DNA of 33,170 nucleotides, taken from a virus (Duplodnaviria; Heunggongvirae; Uroviricota; Caudoviricetes). Numbering within the stretch: the stretch's first letter is position 1; each line of letters begins with the position of its first letter. The stretch lies in the IMG/VR virus record IMGVR_UViG_2541047926_000010. The stretch is one strand, 5' to 3'. Made by a program: the position numbers and the translations under genes. The notes under the pieces were generated by a model. It did not search any database. It was not told where the DNA came from and worked only from the letters and a program-made list of their open reading frames with translations. Shown here piece after piece: positions 1 to 9,500 of this stretch.

Positions 1-381
1 TTGACGAAGAGCTTCGCTGACATTAAAAATCTCAATCCACAAAAGGTTGGTTTGGGAGAAGCGGCAAAACGGAATGTGGGAACAGGGGAAAATCAGATAC
101 CTGATATGTCAGCTTATTCATCAGGATCTGGCTGGCAAAAATTGCCTGATGGTTCAATTGAACAGTGGGGAAGAATTAATTTCCCGAATAACGCCGCGGC
201 GGTATCTACAAATGTGACTTTCACCATTCCTTTTACGCAGGAGCCAGACGTAGTGATTGTATATGACGGCGGTTTTGGTGGTGGGAATATGTGGGGCGCA
301 ACTAACTGGACGAAAACAGGTTTCGTTGCTCATTGTAACTATGGCTTTGAAGGTGGAGCCTTCTACGCGAAAGGGCGTTAA
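1..381 (+). CDS. Alternative tail fibre C-terminal (variable) domain, 5' end cut by the window edge; part of the invertible cassette
   Basis: Plus-strand ORF ending at TAA 379-381, followed 2 nt later by a tail fibre assembly gene; shares an F-x-D-I-K ... L-G-L-G-E motif with the minus-strand tail fibre; Gly-rich C-terminus. Confidence 0.6.
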   Translation: MTKSFADIKNLNPQKVGLGEAAKRNVGTGENQIPDMSAYSSGSGWQKLPDGSIEQWGRINFPNNAAAVSTNVTFTIPFTQEPDVVIVYDGGFGGGNMWGATNWTKTGFVAHCNYGFEGGAFYAKGR

Positions 382-383
382 TT

Positions 384-824
384 ATGAAATATTTGTATGT
401 TGATAATCTGGCGTACCCTTATGCCCTCCAGTCTGTTTACGCTGCAAAAGGCCAATGGCCCGAAGGTAAAGGCGTGGATATAGACGAAGCTATTTTCAGG
501 GAATATTTCCATGATACGCCGCCTGACGGTAAGTACAGAATTACCGGAGACGATGGAATGCCAGCATGGGCAGATGTTCCACCGCCAACACGTGAAGAAC
601 AAATTGCATCAGCCGCAACTAAAAAGCAGCAATTGATTAATCAGGCCAACGATTATATGAACAGTAGACAATGGGCTGGTAAAGCGGCTATTGGTCGTCT
701 GAAAGGTGAGGAACTGGCGCAATATAATTTGTGGCTGGATTATCTGGACGCACTGGAGCTGGTCGATACTTCCAGTGCACCAGATATTGAATGGCCTACT
801 CCTCCGGCAGTTCAGGCCAGATGA
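384..824 (+). CDS. Tail fibre assembly protein (U'-like, alternative copy)
   Basis: 146 aa; C-terminal LDYLDALELVDTSSAPDIEWP motif parallels the minus-strand copy (LDYIDAVTATDTSTAPDVIWP); converges on the minus-strand tfa gene. Confidence 0.8.
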   Translation: MKYLYVDNLAYPYALQSVYAAKGQWPEGKGVDIDEAIFREYFHDTPPDGKYRITGDDGMPAWADVPPPTREEQIASAATKKQQLINQANDYMNSRQWAGKAAIGRLKGEELAQYNLWLDYLDALELVDTSSAPDIEWPTPPAVQAR

Positions 825-1398
825 CATCCGGCGCGGTGCTGGTATCTGTTGCCGTCACCGCGTCAATGTAATCCAGCACAGCGTTAAGCCGGGTTGTTTC
901 TGCCTGCGTCAGTTTCCGCCCGGCCTGTAATTTCAGTTGAATCAGACTAATGGAAGCCATTGCAGTATCAATCAGTGACTGACGCTGTGCTTCTGCCGCG
1001 TCTACTGCGGCGCGATGCTGTGCCTCAGTATCGGTCACCCATTTCTCACCATCCCATTTATCAAATGGCGTTAACGGGGCGATAGTGGTTGTATTTTCAG
1101 GGTAATCACCCGGAGCTGTGATTTCTTTTGATTCTCCTGTTTCGGTGCTATAGATGATTTCACCGCGATGGTCTGGCACATATTCCCATGAGTTAAAATC
1201 TGCAGAACGGCAGATTGCATAACCAGCTTTATGTGTAACTGGTGCATCTAAACAAGAACATGCCGGTATACCGACGCCAACCGCAAGATATTCAGTTGAT
1301 GTGGAAATATATTCCCGCGTTTCACCATCATAATTATAAATGGTAATGTCTCCCGCTTTTATGGCAATGAGTTCGTTATTTAATACGGCTTTATTCAT
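796..1398 (-). CDS. Tail fibre assembly protein (U-like)
   Basis: 200 aa; conserved tfa C-terminal motif; start overlaps the tail fibre stop. Confidence 0.8.
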   Translation of the reverse strand: MNKAVLNNELIAIKAGDITIYNYDGETREYISTSTEYLAVGVGIPACSCLDAPVTHKAGYAICRSADFNSWEYVPDHRGEIIYSTETGESKEITAPGDYPENTTTIAPLTPFDKWDGEKWVTDTEAQHRAAVDAAEAQRQSLIDTAMASISLIQLKLQAGRKLTQAETTRLNAVLDYIDAVTATDTSTAPDVIWPELPEE

Positions 1399-2150
1399 CA
1401 GGCAGCCCTCACGATATAATTAAAGGCAATGTTACGAGGTCGGTTTTCGTTTGCAGTTGGAACAACTCTGGAAGCATCGAATGTTACTCGCTTTGCATAA
1501 CCACCTTTAATTGAATCAGATGAAGCATCTCCGATGACGCTGGTTGTAAAAACGCCAGAATCAGAAGGGTAGATATTAAACCTGACATCCACTAATGCAC
1601 CAATTATATTTCGAATGGCATCTCCCTGTGACGAAAGCAAGCTACGGTTAGTATCTATTCCTCTTCCGTCATCCCAGCCACGAATGAACTCACCACGTAA
1701 ATCAGGCAATTTATTTGTCGGGTAAGCCTTTGCCAGTTCCGGGTATTCTTCAGCAGAAAAAGCCGCACCGTTGCATTTCAGCCAGCCTGTTGGCGGAGTG
1801 GCGGAAGGCCACGGAACAGGCACACCAACGGGTAATGCCGAACCTTCTCCCAAACCAAGATTTTCGAGAGCCGTTTTCACGGTGCCATCCGATTTGATAT
1901 CGCCAAACGGATTTGAGCGACTCAGTAACAGCGCTTTTAGTGCTGTTAATAACTGGTTTTGTTTAGAAGGATCAACATTAATACCGGCAGCGTTCAGGAC
2001 AGTAATAAGCTCCGACTGCGCATCTCTGACAGCCCCCTGCACGTTATTCAGATGCTCAGCATCAACAATGGTCCCCAGCTCACCTGTGAGCGGATTACCA
2101 TCATGGAAAAGATTATCCGGCGTCTGCACCGGTGGCATTAAGGGCCGCAT
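1398..2150 (-). CDS. Tail fibre protein with phage tail-collar domain
   Basis: 250 aa; tail-collar-like segment [31 protein letters not shown]; ATG 2150-2148 overlaps the upstream stop (TAATG). Confidence 0.8.
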   Translation of the reverse strand: MRPLMPPVQTPDNLFHDGNPLTGELGTIVDAEHLNNVQGAVRDAQSELITVLNAAGINVDPSKQNQLLTALKALLLSRSNPFGDIKSDGTVKTALENLGLGEGSALPVGVPVPWPSATPPTGWLKCNGAAFSAEEYPELAKAYPTNKLPDLRGEFIRGWDDGRGIDTNRSLLSSQGDAIRNIIGALVDVRFNIYPSDSGVFTTSVIGDASSDSIKGGYAKRVTFDASRVVPTANENRPRNIAFNYIVRAA

Positions 2151-2722
2151 TATTCATTCTCCTGATATGCGAAGTAGCAAAATGTATGGGCTGGTTTGAG
2201 ATCACGGAAGACGTCTTCAATAATCGGATCACCAAACGTTGTCAGGCGCTCACCTGCAGCTGAACTGCCTGAGCGAAAGCGATAGGATTGAGTTCCTGAG
2301 TTCTGAATATTGACGCGCCAGACCCAGATAATGTCTTCAACCCAGAGGCGATCACCGGCGCGGCCAACTCCCGCCCTGAAAGGTTGCGGTTCATCAATTG
2401 TGATGATGTAGCCAAGGTTGCTTGCCAACTGAGTAAAGTACGGAATACTGAGACCACCGACTTCAGCCAGTTTAGCCAGTACACGCTGCTGGCGTTGCTG
2501 GTATGTCGCACCTTCAGCAGGAGTAAGGTCCAGGACGCGTTCCCAGTCATACAAAAGGCTGCGTGCATAAAATGGAGTAACTCCACCTTCAACAAGCCCT
2601 GCAGACGCATCGAGAGTCTCAAAAACACCTGATTCAGATCGCAATGATGCATCAAGCAGAGGCTGGCCCGGGCTGTACGAAACAAGTGGCAGCAGACGAT
2701 TTAACAGCGTGAAGTAGCTCAT
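2150..2722 (-). CDS. Mu gp48-like tail protein (DUF2313-like)
   Basis: 190 aa; position between baseplate J-like protein and tail fibre; family recalled from memory. Confidence 0.65.
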   Translation of the reverse strand: MSYFTLLNRLLPLVSYSPGQPLLDASLRSESGVFETLDASAGLVEGGVTPFYARSLLYDWERVLDLTPAEGATYQQRQQRVLAKLAEVGGLSIPYFTQLASNLGYIITIDEPQPFRAGVGRAGDRLWVEDIIWVWRVNIQNSGTQSYRFRSGSSAAGERLTTFGDPIIEDVFRDLKPAHTFCYFAYQENE

Positions 2723-3786
2723 AGCAGCTCTACCTCAACGTTTCCTAATTTGAGCCATTCGACTTTCGTGGCATCGATTATCGGTTGAATATTTGCCGAT
2801 GGTGTAACGATGTCATAGTCGGTAATACCCGGAATTAGAGAAATCAATGTCCCCGCCTGGCTGCGAATAAAAGCCACTCCAGGCTCTCGGCGCGAGTCAT
2901 CGTCCTCCAGCGTTCCGGCGACAGCCTGTTTGGCTGCTGCGAGGGTGATGCCCTCCAGTGATACCTTCACGAGGACGTCAAATGTACGGATGACAGGTAT
3001 GAGCACCAGCGTGTTTTTTGCTGTAACAGGCCGGACATCGTCAATGTGAGCCTGCACCCTGTCGATCACATCCTGAGATGGCAGCCCACCTGCAGACGTG
3101 ATCACAACATCAACGGTACCCGGCCCCCGCCGCAAAGGGTAAACATATGCGGCGGATACGCCTGATACCTCAAGCGCCCAGCGTTTGTAATCATATTTAT
3201 TGCCGCCTGCAGGAGGTCGGCGGATGATTTCAAGCAGACGAGCAAGCAGCTCTGCATCCGTTTCCTCATCTGTTCCGCCAGTCATCAGGCCTACTGTCAC
3301 TGTGCTGTCAAACCCATCAGGTGTTGTGGTCAGTGTGGCCGATGTGACGGAAGTGGTGTTACCAGTGGTTCCGGCCAGAGAAGACACTGCGTTTACCGAT
3401 GATTTTCCATCTGACCCGACAATAATATCTTCGGTTGTTGTCCACGAAACACTGTCGCGTTTGAACACAAGACCGGCAGCGGCCACCGCTCCTGGTTCGC
3501 CGGTAAACGTGGCAGGCCCGGAGGCGCTGTTGGCTGCTTTTTTGCTTAAACCACGTAAACGGGCGTGCAGATAGAGGAATTCCGAATCAGCAGTATCCGG
3601 AAAGATCTGACGGACTATCCATCCCTGATGCTGATAAAGCCCCTCGGCAACACTGGCTACACTCGATGCCCGGATGTACCAGTCGCTGTCCGGGCCCAGC
3701 GTATCATCTGACAACTGCAGGAGATTTTTGATATCCCGCAGAATGTCAGTGCGTATTTGCGCGGCATTTTTGGTAATGAATGGCAT
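2719..3786 (-). CDS. Baseplate J-like protein (Mu gp47-like)
   Basis: 355 aa; baseplate J-family features and synteny; overlaps both neighbouring genes. Confidence 0.8.
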   Translation of the reverse strand: MPFITKNAAQIRTDILRDIKNLLQLSDDTLGPDSDWYIRASSVASVAEGLYQHQGWIVRQIFPDTADSEFLYLHARLRGLSKKAANSASGPATFTGEPGAVAAAGLVFKRDSVSWTTTEDIIVGSDGKSSVNAVSSLAGTTGNTTSVTSATLTTTPDGFDSTVTVGLMTGGTDEETDAELLARLLEIIRRPPAGGNKYDYKRWALEVSGVSAAYVYPLRRGPGTVDVVITSAGGLPSQDVIDRVQAHIDDVRPVTAKNTLVLIPVIRTFDVLVKVSLEGITLAAAKQAVAGTLEDDDSRREPGVAFIRSQAGTLISLIPGITDYDIVTPSANIQPIIDATKVEWLKLGNVEVELL

Positions 3787-4136
3787 CAGCTGACCTTAAC
3801 CGGATATTTCCAGGTCTGCGGCGTTCCGCTCGCAGACGTGACGGTGATATGAAGCAGCATCCAGCCTTTTTGCCAGTGCTCTGCAGTAACGGAAATGGAC
3901 TGGGCGCGACCGTCGTCAATAATCGGTTGCAGGGCCTGCCGCGAATACTGCACCGCGAGTTGTTGAACGCGAGACACATCCTTTTCGCGGCGGAGTGTAT
4001 GCAAAAGAGAGCCCAGAGTTGGATCAGCCCACCATGAGCCAAGGGGCGTCATCAGCCGTAAGTAGACGGCATTCGCTAAAGAGTCTGAGCTGTCGCCGGT
4101 ATAATCGCCGGTCGTTGGATCAATCAACATTTCCAT
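3786..4136 (-). CDS. Mu gp46-like small baseplate protein
   Basis: 116 aa; synteny between spike and baseplate J genes. Confidence 0.65.
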   Translation of the reverse strand: MEMLIDPTTGDYTGDSSDSLANAVYLRLMTPLGSWWADPTLGSLLHTLRREKDVSRVQQLAVQYSRQALQPIIDDGRAQSISVTAEHWQKGWMLLHITVTSASGTPQTWKYPVKVS

Positions 4137-4189
4137 GCCGTAATACTACCGGCATGGAAATTTAAATTATCGGTGAAGGGGTTCAGTGG
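4137..4189 (-). promoter_or_regulatory. Candidate activator-dependent late promoter upstream of the gp46-like baseplate gene
   Basis: Minus-strand CCACTGAACCCCTTCACC (plus 4172-4189), identical to the copy upstream of the endolysin; 23-bp spacer to a -10-like TAGTAT. Confidence 0.45.
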
Positions 4190-4225
4190 GTATTGCTTTT
4201 GAAGGAGAACTTACGTTACCACAAA

Positions 4226-4831
4226 TTACATTTGCTGATTAGGTTTCTGCGTTGTGCCTGCATCACCGCCGTGGTCGTGGTCGTGACCGTCATAAGTCTC
4301 ACGCATGGTGTTCAGCGTAGACTTGCCGTCAGCGACTTCATTACTGCCTTTCAGCAATGGTGTATCAAAATCTGCCCGCTCTGAGGCTGTGGTTTTATAC
4401 GTTTTGGTATTAACAATATGTTGTTCGGTATTCACCGTGTGCTTTTTAGTATTAACGATATATTCATCGCAGTTTACTTCAATTATTTTTCCGCGCTTCA
4501 GAATAATGTTGCTTCCTTCATCCGAATAAATGGCAAGCTCACCACTTTTCAGGCTCTTTAGCCTGTATGCAGCGTGTTCCGTGGCAATCACCACGCTATG
4601 ACTGGTGCGCCCGTTAAGCGGGAGCACAATGGCTTTAGTCCCCCTGGGCGGGTTGGATGTAAAACCGTACTGCTGAAACATCTCCACATCCTGCAAAGAC
4701 TCAGTGGCCAGACCTTTACCCTGAATGGTCTGAATATCACCACCGCTGTTAACCCTTATTAAAACGCCCCTGAAGGCCTTTCTTATACGGTTTAACGCCG
4801 TGTTAATACGAGAGTCAATTTTGTTCCACAT
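4226..4831 (-). CDS. Baseplate spike / assembly protein V-like (Mu gp45-like)
   Basis: 201 aa; gpV-like N-terminal region; C-terminal VNT-K/E-x-H-x repeats and His-Asp-rich tail HDHDHGGD. Confidence 0.7.
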   Translation of the reverse strand: MWNKIDSRINTALNRIRKAFRGVLIRVNSGGDIQTIQGKGLATESLQDVEMFQQYGFTSNPPRGTKAIVLPLNGRTSHSVVIATEHAAYRLKSLKSGELAIYSDEGSNIILKRGKIIEVNCDEYIVNTKKHTVNTEQHIVNTKTYKTTASERADFDTPLLKGSNEVADGKSTLNTMRETYDGHDHDHGGDAGTTQKPNQQM

Positions 4832-6032
4832 CGATAATCTCCAGCTCTTTATTTACTTTGGCGCGACGCTTACGTGATTTGCGTTTTTTCGGATAAGCAT
4901 CCGGTATCCATATTCCATCCTCTTTGAGCCGCAGGGTGGTAATGGTGTTGTCTGGACGACCACCTGAAAACTCTCTTCCCATGAGGAAGTAAATGTCATC
5001 AATGCCATGTGGCTCGCTTCGGACACGAATACGCTGGCCCGGTTGCCATAACTGACCGTTCTCCATGCGATGGCCTTTAACAATTACTGTCAGATCAAAC
5101 CCGTTCAGACGGGCGTCAGCCATGGCCTTTCTCGCGCGATAATCAACCTGCGCCTGATTATCAGCATCACCAGCAACCATAATCTGCGGACGATAGAAAG
5201 GTACGGTACTGTCGCGAACGGTACTACGTAAGCCATGAAAGCCATTCTCTGCAGAGCCGGTGCTGTCATAAATTGCGTCGGCATCATCATCGTCTTCAGC
5301 CTCAGCGCTCTGATCATCAACGTCAATAACTTCCAGTCTTCCTGACTTTTTCCCCTGGCCGTGTCCCTGTGCCAGCATTGTCAGTTCAGAGAACGCACCG
5401 GTAATGGATGACCGGTCACTGAGATCGAGGACATTATTTCCCCGACCGTCACGATTCAGAACAAGCGTGGCTACAGGGTCTTTTGTGTAATCCGGCCCTC
5501 CAATTACCAGCGTGCCATCTGGCTCAAACCATGGCCATAACCCGCGTGCAGCAGCTGCACGCTCAAGGGTATCCCACGCACGTTCTCCGGGCTCCACGCT
5601 GACCTTGTCATTACGCAGGGATGACTCAGCCTCGATGCGGATGTTCGTTATCCCCAGCGGTCTGACAACCTGGGCGATCACCTCTTCAAGACTGAGCTGG
5701 CGGGAGGTAAAAACGGGTGAAGCGCAGTCAACAAGCACGGCTGCACCATCGCGACCGGAAAGAGATAAAGAAACCTGCTGACGGGATACCCGGCGCTGAA
5801 CCACATCCACCCGACCGGACATGACAACATCATTACCCACCCTGACCAGCACCGGCACACCACGTTTAATGGCCGGAGGGAAAATACCATCAGGCAGCCC
5901 AAGCGTTACGCTCCATGCATCGGAGGGGATCAGAAAATCGGAGTCAATCTGATAGCGGCTCCATGCACTATGGATTTTGCCATCAATAACCAGGCTCACT
6001 GTATTCTGCGAATCTTTATCTTGAGTAGGCAT
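4815..6032 (-). CDS. Baseplate hub protein (P2 gpD / Mu gp44-like)
   Basis: 405 aa; synteny downstream of the DNA circulation protein; gpD-like features. Confidence 0.75.
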   Translation of the reverse strand: MPTQDKDSQNTVSLVIDGKIHSAWSRYQIDSDFLIPSDAWSVTLGLPDGIFPPAIKRGVPVLVRVGNDVVMSGRVDVVQRRVSRQQVSLSLSGRDGAAVLVDCASPVFTSRQLSLEEVIAQVVRPLGITNIRIEAESSLRNDKVSVEPGERAWDTLERAAAARGLWPWFEPDGTLVIGGPDYTKDPVATLVLNRDGRGNNVLDLSDRSSITGAFSELTMLAQGHGQGKKSGRLEVIDVDDQSAEAEDDDDADAIYDSTGSAENGFHGLRSTVRDSTVPFYRPQIMVAGDADNQAQVDYRARKAMADARLNGFDLTVIVKGHRMENGQLWQPGQRIRVRSEPHGIDDIYFLMGREFSGGRPDNTITTLRLKEDGIWIPDAYPKKRKSRKRRAKVNKELEIIDVEQN

Positions 6033-7347
6033 TCAGAACGTCACCGGCTTTGATATTGTTAGGATTACGTAGTGTCGGATTGAGACGCAGCAACTCGGCG
6101 GCGCGCGTGTAGTCCTCATACCACAGGTGGGCCAGCAAATGCAGGTTTGTGTCGGACAATACCACTCGCGTAGTCAGTGGTGGTCTGCTGGTAATAACCG
6201 CTGAGCCCAGCTCCTGAACGGTCAGGGCGATATCCTTGAGACCTTCAACCACGGGTTGCCAGGTCACGCCACCAGGTGTTTCACCGGCACTCAGGTTTTG
6301 CGTATCAGCAGCAAAGGTGTCCCGCGTCTGGTCGATTGCCTCCTGAATGGCCGTCCTGGTGTCGTTGGTGATCTGCTCAATATCAACGGGAGACAGAATA
6401 TCGCTGATGCTGCTGTCACTGAGTATGTCGGAAGCATCAAGTGCCAGCTGGATTGCAACCTGAGTTTTTACCGCCGTTATCAGCTCGGTAATATCCGAGG
6501 TTGATGAGCCTGCCGGAACGGCAACAGCAACCGTTTTTTTCCCGGTCACTATCTGCTGAGGTAATGCGGCCACATCCTGCAGATTGTTACGGCCATTCTT
6601 CCAGTCGGCCATCACGATGCCTGCTGTGCCGGAAACGTCTGAGGACTGTGAATAGCTTCCTGGATTATTACTGACACTTGATTTGGACTGAAACGACGTC
6701 AGACTCAGCGCACTCTGCAGGTCATTCATGAACGATTTTGGGTAATTAACAAAATCCGAGGTGGTACTGACAAATCCCGTCAGTTCCCCCTTAAGCACGG
6801 TCACCATATTCAGCGTCGTGGTTGCCAGCGATTTCGCTTTTTTCATCCACTTTTTCGCTGTACGCAGAGGCGAGAGAATATTGTCGATGGCCGTCTGGGC
6901 TTTCTCCAGAGCGGATTGCGCCTGGTTGAAAACGATATCAGCTTTCGACAGCGGGAAATCGCTGCCAAAGAAAGGCAGATTAAGTCCCCCCTGGATAAAG
7001 ACCACTTCGACAACGCAGTAATCAACGTTCTCCGCTTCATGCGATGCCTGATACTCAATGCACTGCATGCCCGTCATGGAGCCGAAAACGGGATGAATTA
7101 ATTCTGCGCTACCGCGAGTATCCAGTGCGGCCAGAAACGCCTGCAGCCGCACATCATAATCATCACCCCAGAAAAGGACTGTCATCCGCAGGTTACGAGG
7201 CTTGCGGCCAAGATCATCAACATCACCACCGTCGACATAGGGATACTCATACGTCGCAATGTCGCGACTGGCGCTGTCACGGGTATTAACCACATCAAAG
7301 CGGACGCCCCTGAATGAGGCATCCTGTAATGAATCTTCCCAGCTCAC
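6016..7347 (-). CDS. DNA circulation protein N-like (Mu gp43-like)
   Basis: 443 aa; position directly downstream of tape measure; N-terminal region typical of the Mu N family. Confidence 0.75.
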   Translation of the reverse strand: MSWEDSLQDASFRGVRFDVVNTRDSASRDIATYEYPYVDGGDVDDLGRKPRNLRMTVLFWGDDYDVRLQAFLAALDTRGSAELIHPVFGSMTGMQCIEYQASHEAENVDYCVVEVVFIQGGLNLPFFGSDFPLSKADIVFNQAQSALEKAQTAIDNILSPLRTAKKWMKKAKSLATTTLNMVTVLKGELTGFVSTTSDFVNYPKSFMNDLQSALSLTSFQSKSSVSNNPGSYSQSSDVSGTAGIVMADWKNGRNNLQDVAALPQQIVTGKKTVAVAVPAGSSTSDITELITAVKTQVAIQLALDASDILSDSSISDILSPVDIEQITNDTRTAIQEAIDQTRDTFAADTQNLSAGETPGGVTWQPVVEGLKDIALTVQELGSAVITSRPPLTTRVVLSDTNLHLLAHLWYEDYTRAAELLRLNPTLRNPNNIKAGDVLNAYSR

Positions 7348-9497
7348 TGCGGGCCTCCTGTTGAGCCGCGAACGGATTGTTCGCCGTTGTATTCATTAAC
7401 AGCTGATGCAATTTCACGTCCGTCTAATACCAGCTTTGTGGTGAGGTTAATTGGTTGTGATTTTTGTTGCTGCTGGGGCAGCAGATAAGACGGTACGCCT
7501 GTGGTTGCTGGTGTGTTTTGACCCATAGTGGCCGGTGAACTCCACCATGATTTGATCTCATCCACGGCATCCAGCAATCCGGGGCGGGCTTTTACTGCAT
7601 CCAGCATGCGTGCTGACTCACTGGAATAATTGTCGACCTTGAGTCTCGCACGCGCATCAGCATCGCCTCGCTCAACATGAACGAGCGGCGCATCCTGCAT
7701 GCCCTGGTAGAGTGCCAGCGGAGCAGCAACGCGCCCCAGAACTTTACCTGCACCACCCCGGATAGCGGACCAGGTGCGCCCCAGAGCAGTACCGCCAGCA
7801 GACGGAACTCCCCCTGCAGGAGAACCAGGCATTTTTATTCCGCCCCCCGTCAGGAAATTGAGCCCGGCAAAAGCTACAGCCGCTGCTGTCATGGCTTTAA
7901 TGCCAGTGGTGGCACCTGAAATAGCAGTTGTTAATTCAGGATATTCTTTAGCGTAATCGGTAAGTTTTGACGTCAAATCACCGTATAAATCGGCAATAGG
8001 TTTCATTGCGTCCTGTTCAGAGAACATTTTCTCAGATTCAAATTGTTGTGACTTAAAATCATTTGTTGATGACATCACATCAAAAGATGCAGCTCCAGCC
8101 CCAGCCGAATTCTCAGTTCCTTTTATTTGATCCTTTATAAACTCACGCTTCATTATATTTGTTTTCAAAGCAGTACTAGCTTGCTGGTCAGCAATTATTT
8201 TTGACGTGATTGAAGAAACAACAATATCCAAAGCAGCGAGGATATCGTTTTCTTTATCCGTACCTTTATATTTCTTTGCCTCGCCTCTTAGTTTTTGAAC
8301 TCTTTTATCTGCTGATACAATCCCCGATACGGCATTCATAACGATGTCTGGTGTACTTAACCCATTTGTCTTTTGCTCAGCCAAATAATCAATGTAACCA
8401 AGTGCCTTTCCACCTTTCCCTCTGAATTTATACTTCTTCAAAGTATTTTGAATATCAGCACTTGTGATTTTATCAAGTAAATTATTTACGTTAGTAGATG
8501 CAGCACTGTTATCACCTGCTGTTTCTGCATTTGCCTGTAATAAGGCTAATATCTTATCAAAATCACCAAGACCAGACATACCGATACTCTTAGCTTTGGT
8601 GAGCGTTAATGATAAAGATGATGCCATATCGGCAAGTTCATACTTGCCATTTTCTCCTGAACGAATCGACTTATCATAAACAGTAGGTAAGTCTTTCGGA
8701 TCAATGTCAAAGTTTTTTATAGCGCTGATACCAATTTTAGCCAGGTCTTGTGGGTTAGCACCTGATGCTGAAGCATAACGAGTAATATCAGGCAATATTT
8801 TCATAGCCGTCTTTTCATCAAGATTACCTGCAAACAGAGCATTCAGCGTATCCTGTGCAGCTTCAGGCGTACCGCCACCGTAGCGCACCGCATTGCGGAT
8901 AGCGTTATTGATAACGGGGATTTTTTTAATACGCTCAGGACCTGACAGCTCGTTATATGCAGTGTTAGCTATTTCTGCATTACGCCGTTCGTAAGCCATC
9001 TGACGCTGAACCGGGTCTTTTATGATCATACCTGCAGCGGTTAATCCACCGGTTACTGCTGCCACGGTTGAACCAGCAGCACGAAAGCGCTGCATGCGCG
9101 TCATTGAGTCATTCACGCCACCAAGTTCAGTCCGCAGCGTTTTGACCCTGTCAGTCATGGCCCTGAAAGCCCGATTCTGCTCATTCGCGGACAGCATGCC
9201 TGTGCGGGTAAGGCGGTTGTAGGCCGCCATGGTCTGCTGTATTTCACGCTGAATATCGCGCTCAGAACGAATACCAAGGGTAGATCGCGCCGAGCTGGCG
9301 CGACGGTATTCCTCAATCAGAGAACGGGAGGCACGAATCGCTGTGGTTGAGTTCTGCTGGCGGGATTTCGCCAGCTCGTCATCGGTCTTTTGCGCCGCTT
9401 TGGTATCACGGCTGATGCCCTGCAGTGCCTGCTTAAGCACTTTAGAGCCGGTATCACGGGCAAGCAGCTGCAGCGCCAGTTGTAAGTTACGCGCCAT
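7344..9497 (-). CDS. Tail tape measure protein
   Basis: 717 aa; Ala/Gly-rich helical protein downstream of the tail chaperone; ATG 9497-9495. Confidence 0.85.
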   Translation of the reverse strand: MARNLQLALQLLARDTGSKVLKQALQGISRDTKAAQKTDDELAKSRQQNSTTAIRASRSLIEEYRRASSARSTLGIRSERDIQREIQQTMAAYNRLTRTGMLSANEQNRAFRAMTDRVKTLRTELGGVNDSMTRMQRFRAAGSTVAAVTGGLTAAGMIIKDPVQRQMAYERRNAEIANTAYNELSGPERIKKIPVINNAIRNAVRYGGGTPEAAQDTLNALFAGNLDEKTAMKILPDITRYASASGANPQDLAKIGISAIKNFDIDPKDLPTVYDKSIRSGENGKYELADMASSLSLTLTKAKSIGMSGLGDFDKILALLQANAETAGDNSAASTNVNNLLDKITSADIQNTLKKYKFRGKGGKALGYIDYLAEQKTNGLSTPDIVMNAVSGIVSADKRVQKLRGEAKKYKGTDKENDILAALDIVVSSITSKIIADQQASTALKTNIMKREFIKDQIKGTENSAGAGAASFDVMSSTNDFKSQQFESEKMFSEQDAMKPIADLYGDLTSKLTDYAKEYPELTTAISGATTGIKAMTAAAVAFAGLNFLTGGGIKMPGSPAGGVPSAGGTALGRTWSAIRGGAGKVLGRVAAPLALYQGMQDAPLVHVERGDADARARLKVDNYSSESARMLDAVKARPGLLDAVDEIKSWWSSPATMGQNTPATTGVPSYLLPQQQQKSQPINLTTKLVLDGREIASAVNEYNGEQSVRGSTGGPQ

Positions 9498-9500
9498 GGA

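Larger units (their letters stand above)
1..1950. other. G-segment-like invertible tail-fibre cassette, partial; one crossover site expected inside the tail fibre gene, the partner site and the invertase lie before position 1
   Basis: Two converging fibre-variable-domain plus tfa modules on opposite strands, as in the Mu G segment; these are the only plus-strand genes in the window. Right boundary is approximate. Confidence 0.5.

Noticed and set aside
1931-1980. A recombination crossover site for the invertible cassette inside the tail fibre gene (AACTGGTTTTG region)
   Set aside because: Only loose resemblance to the AAACC..GGTTT core of Gin/Hin-type sites, and the partner site is outside the window, so it cannot be confirmed.
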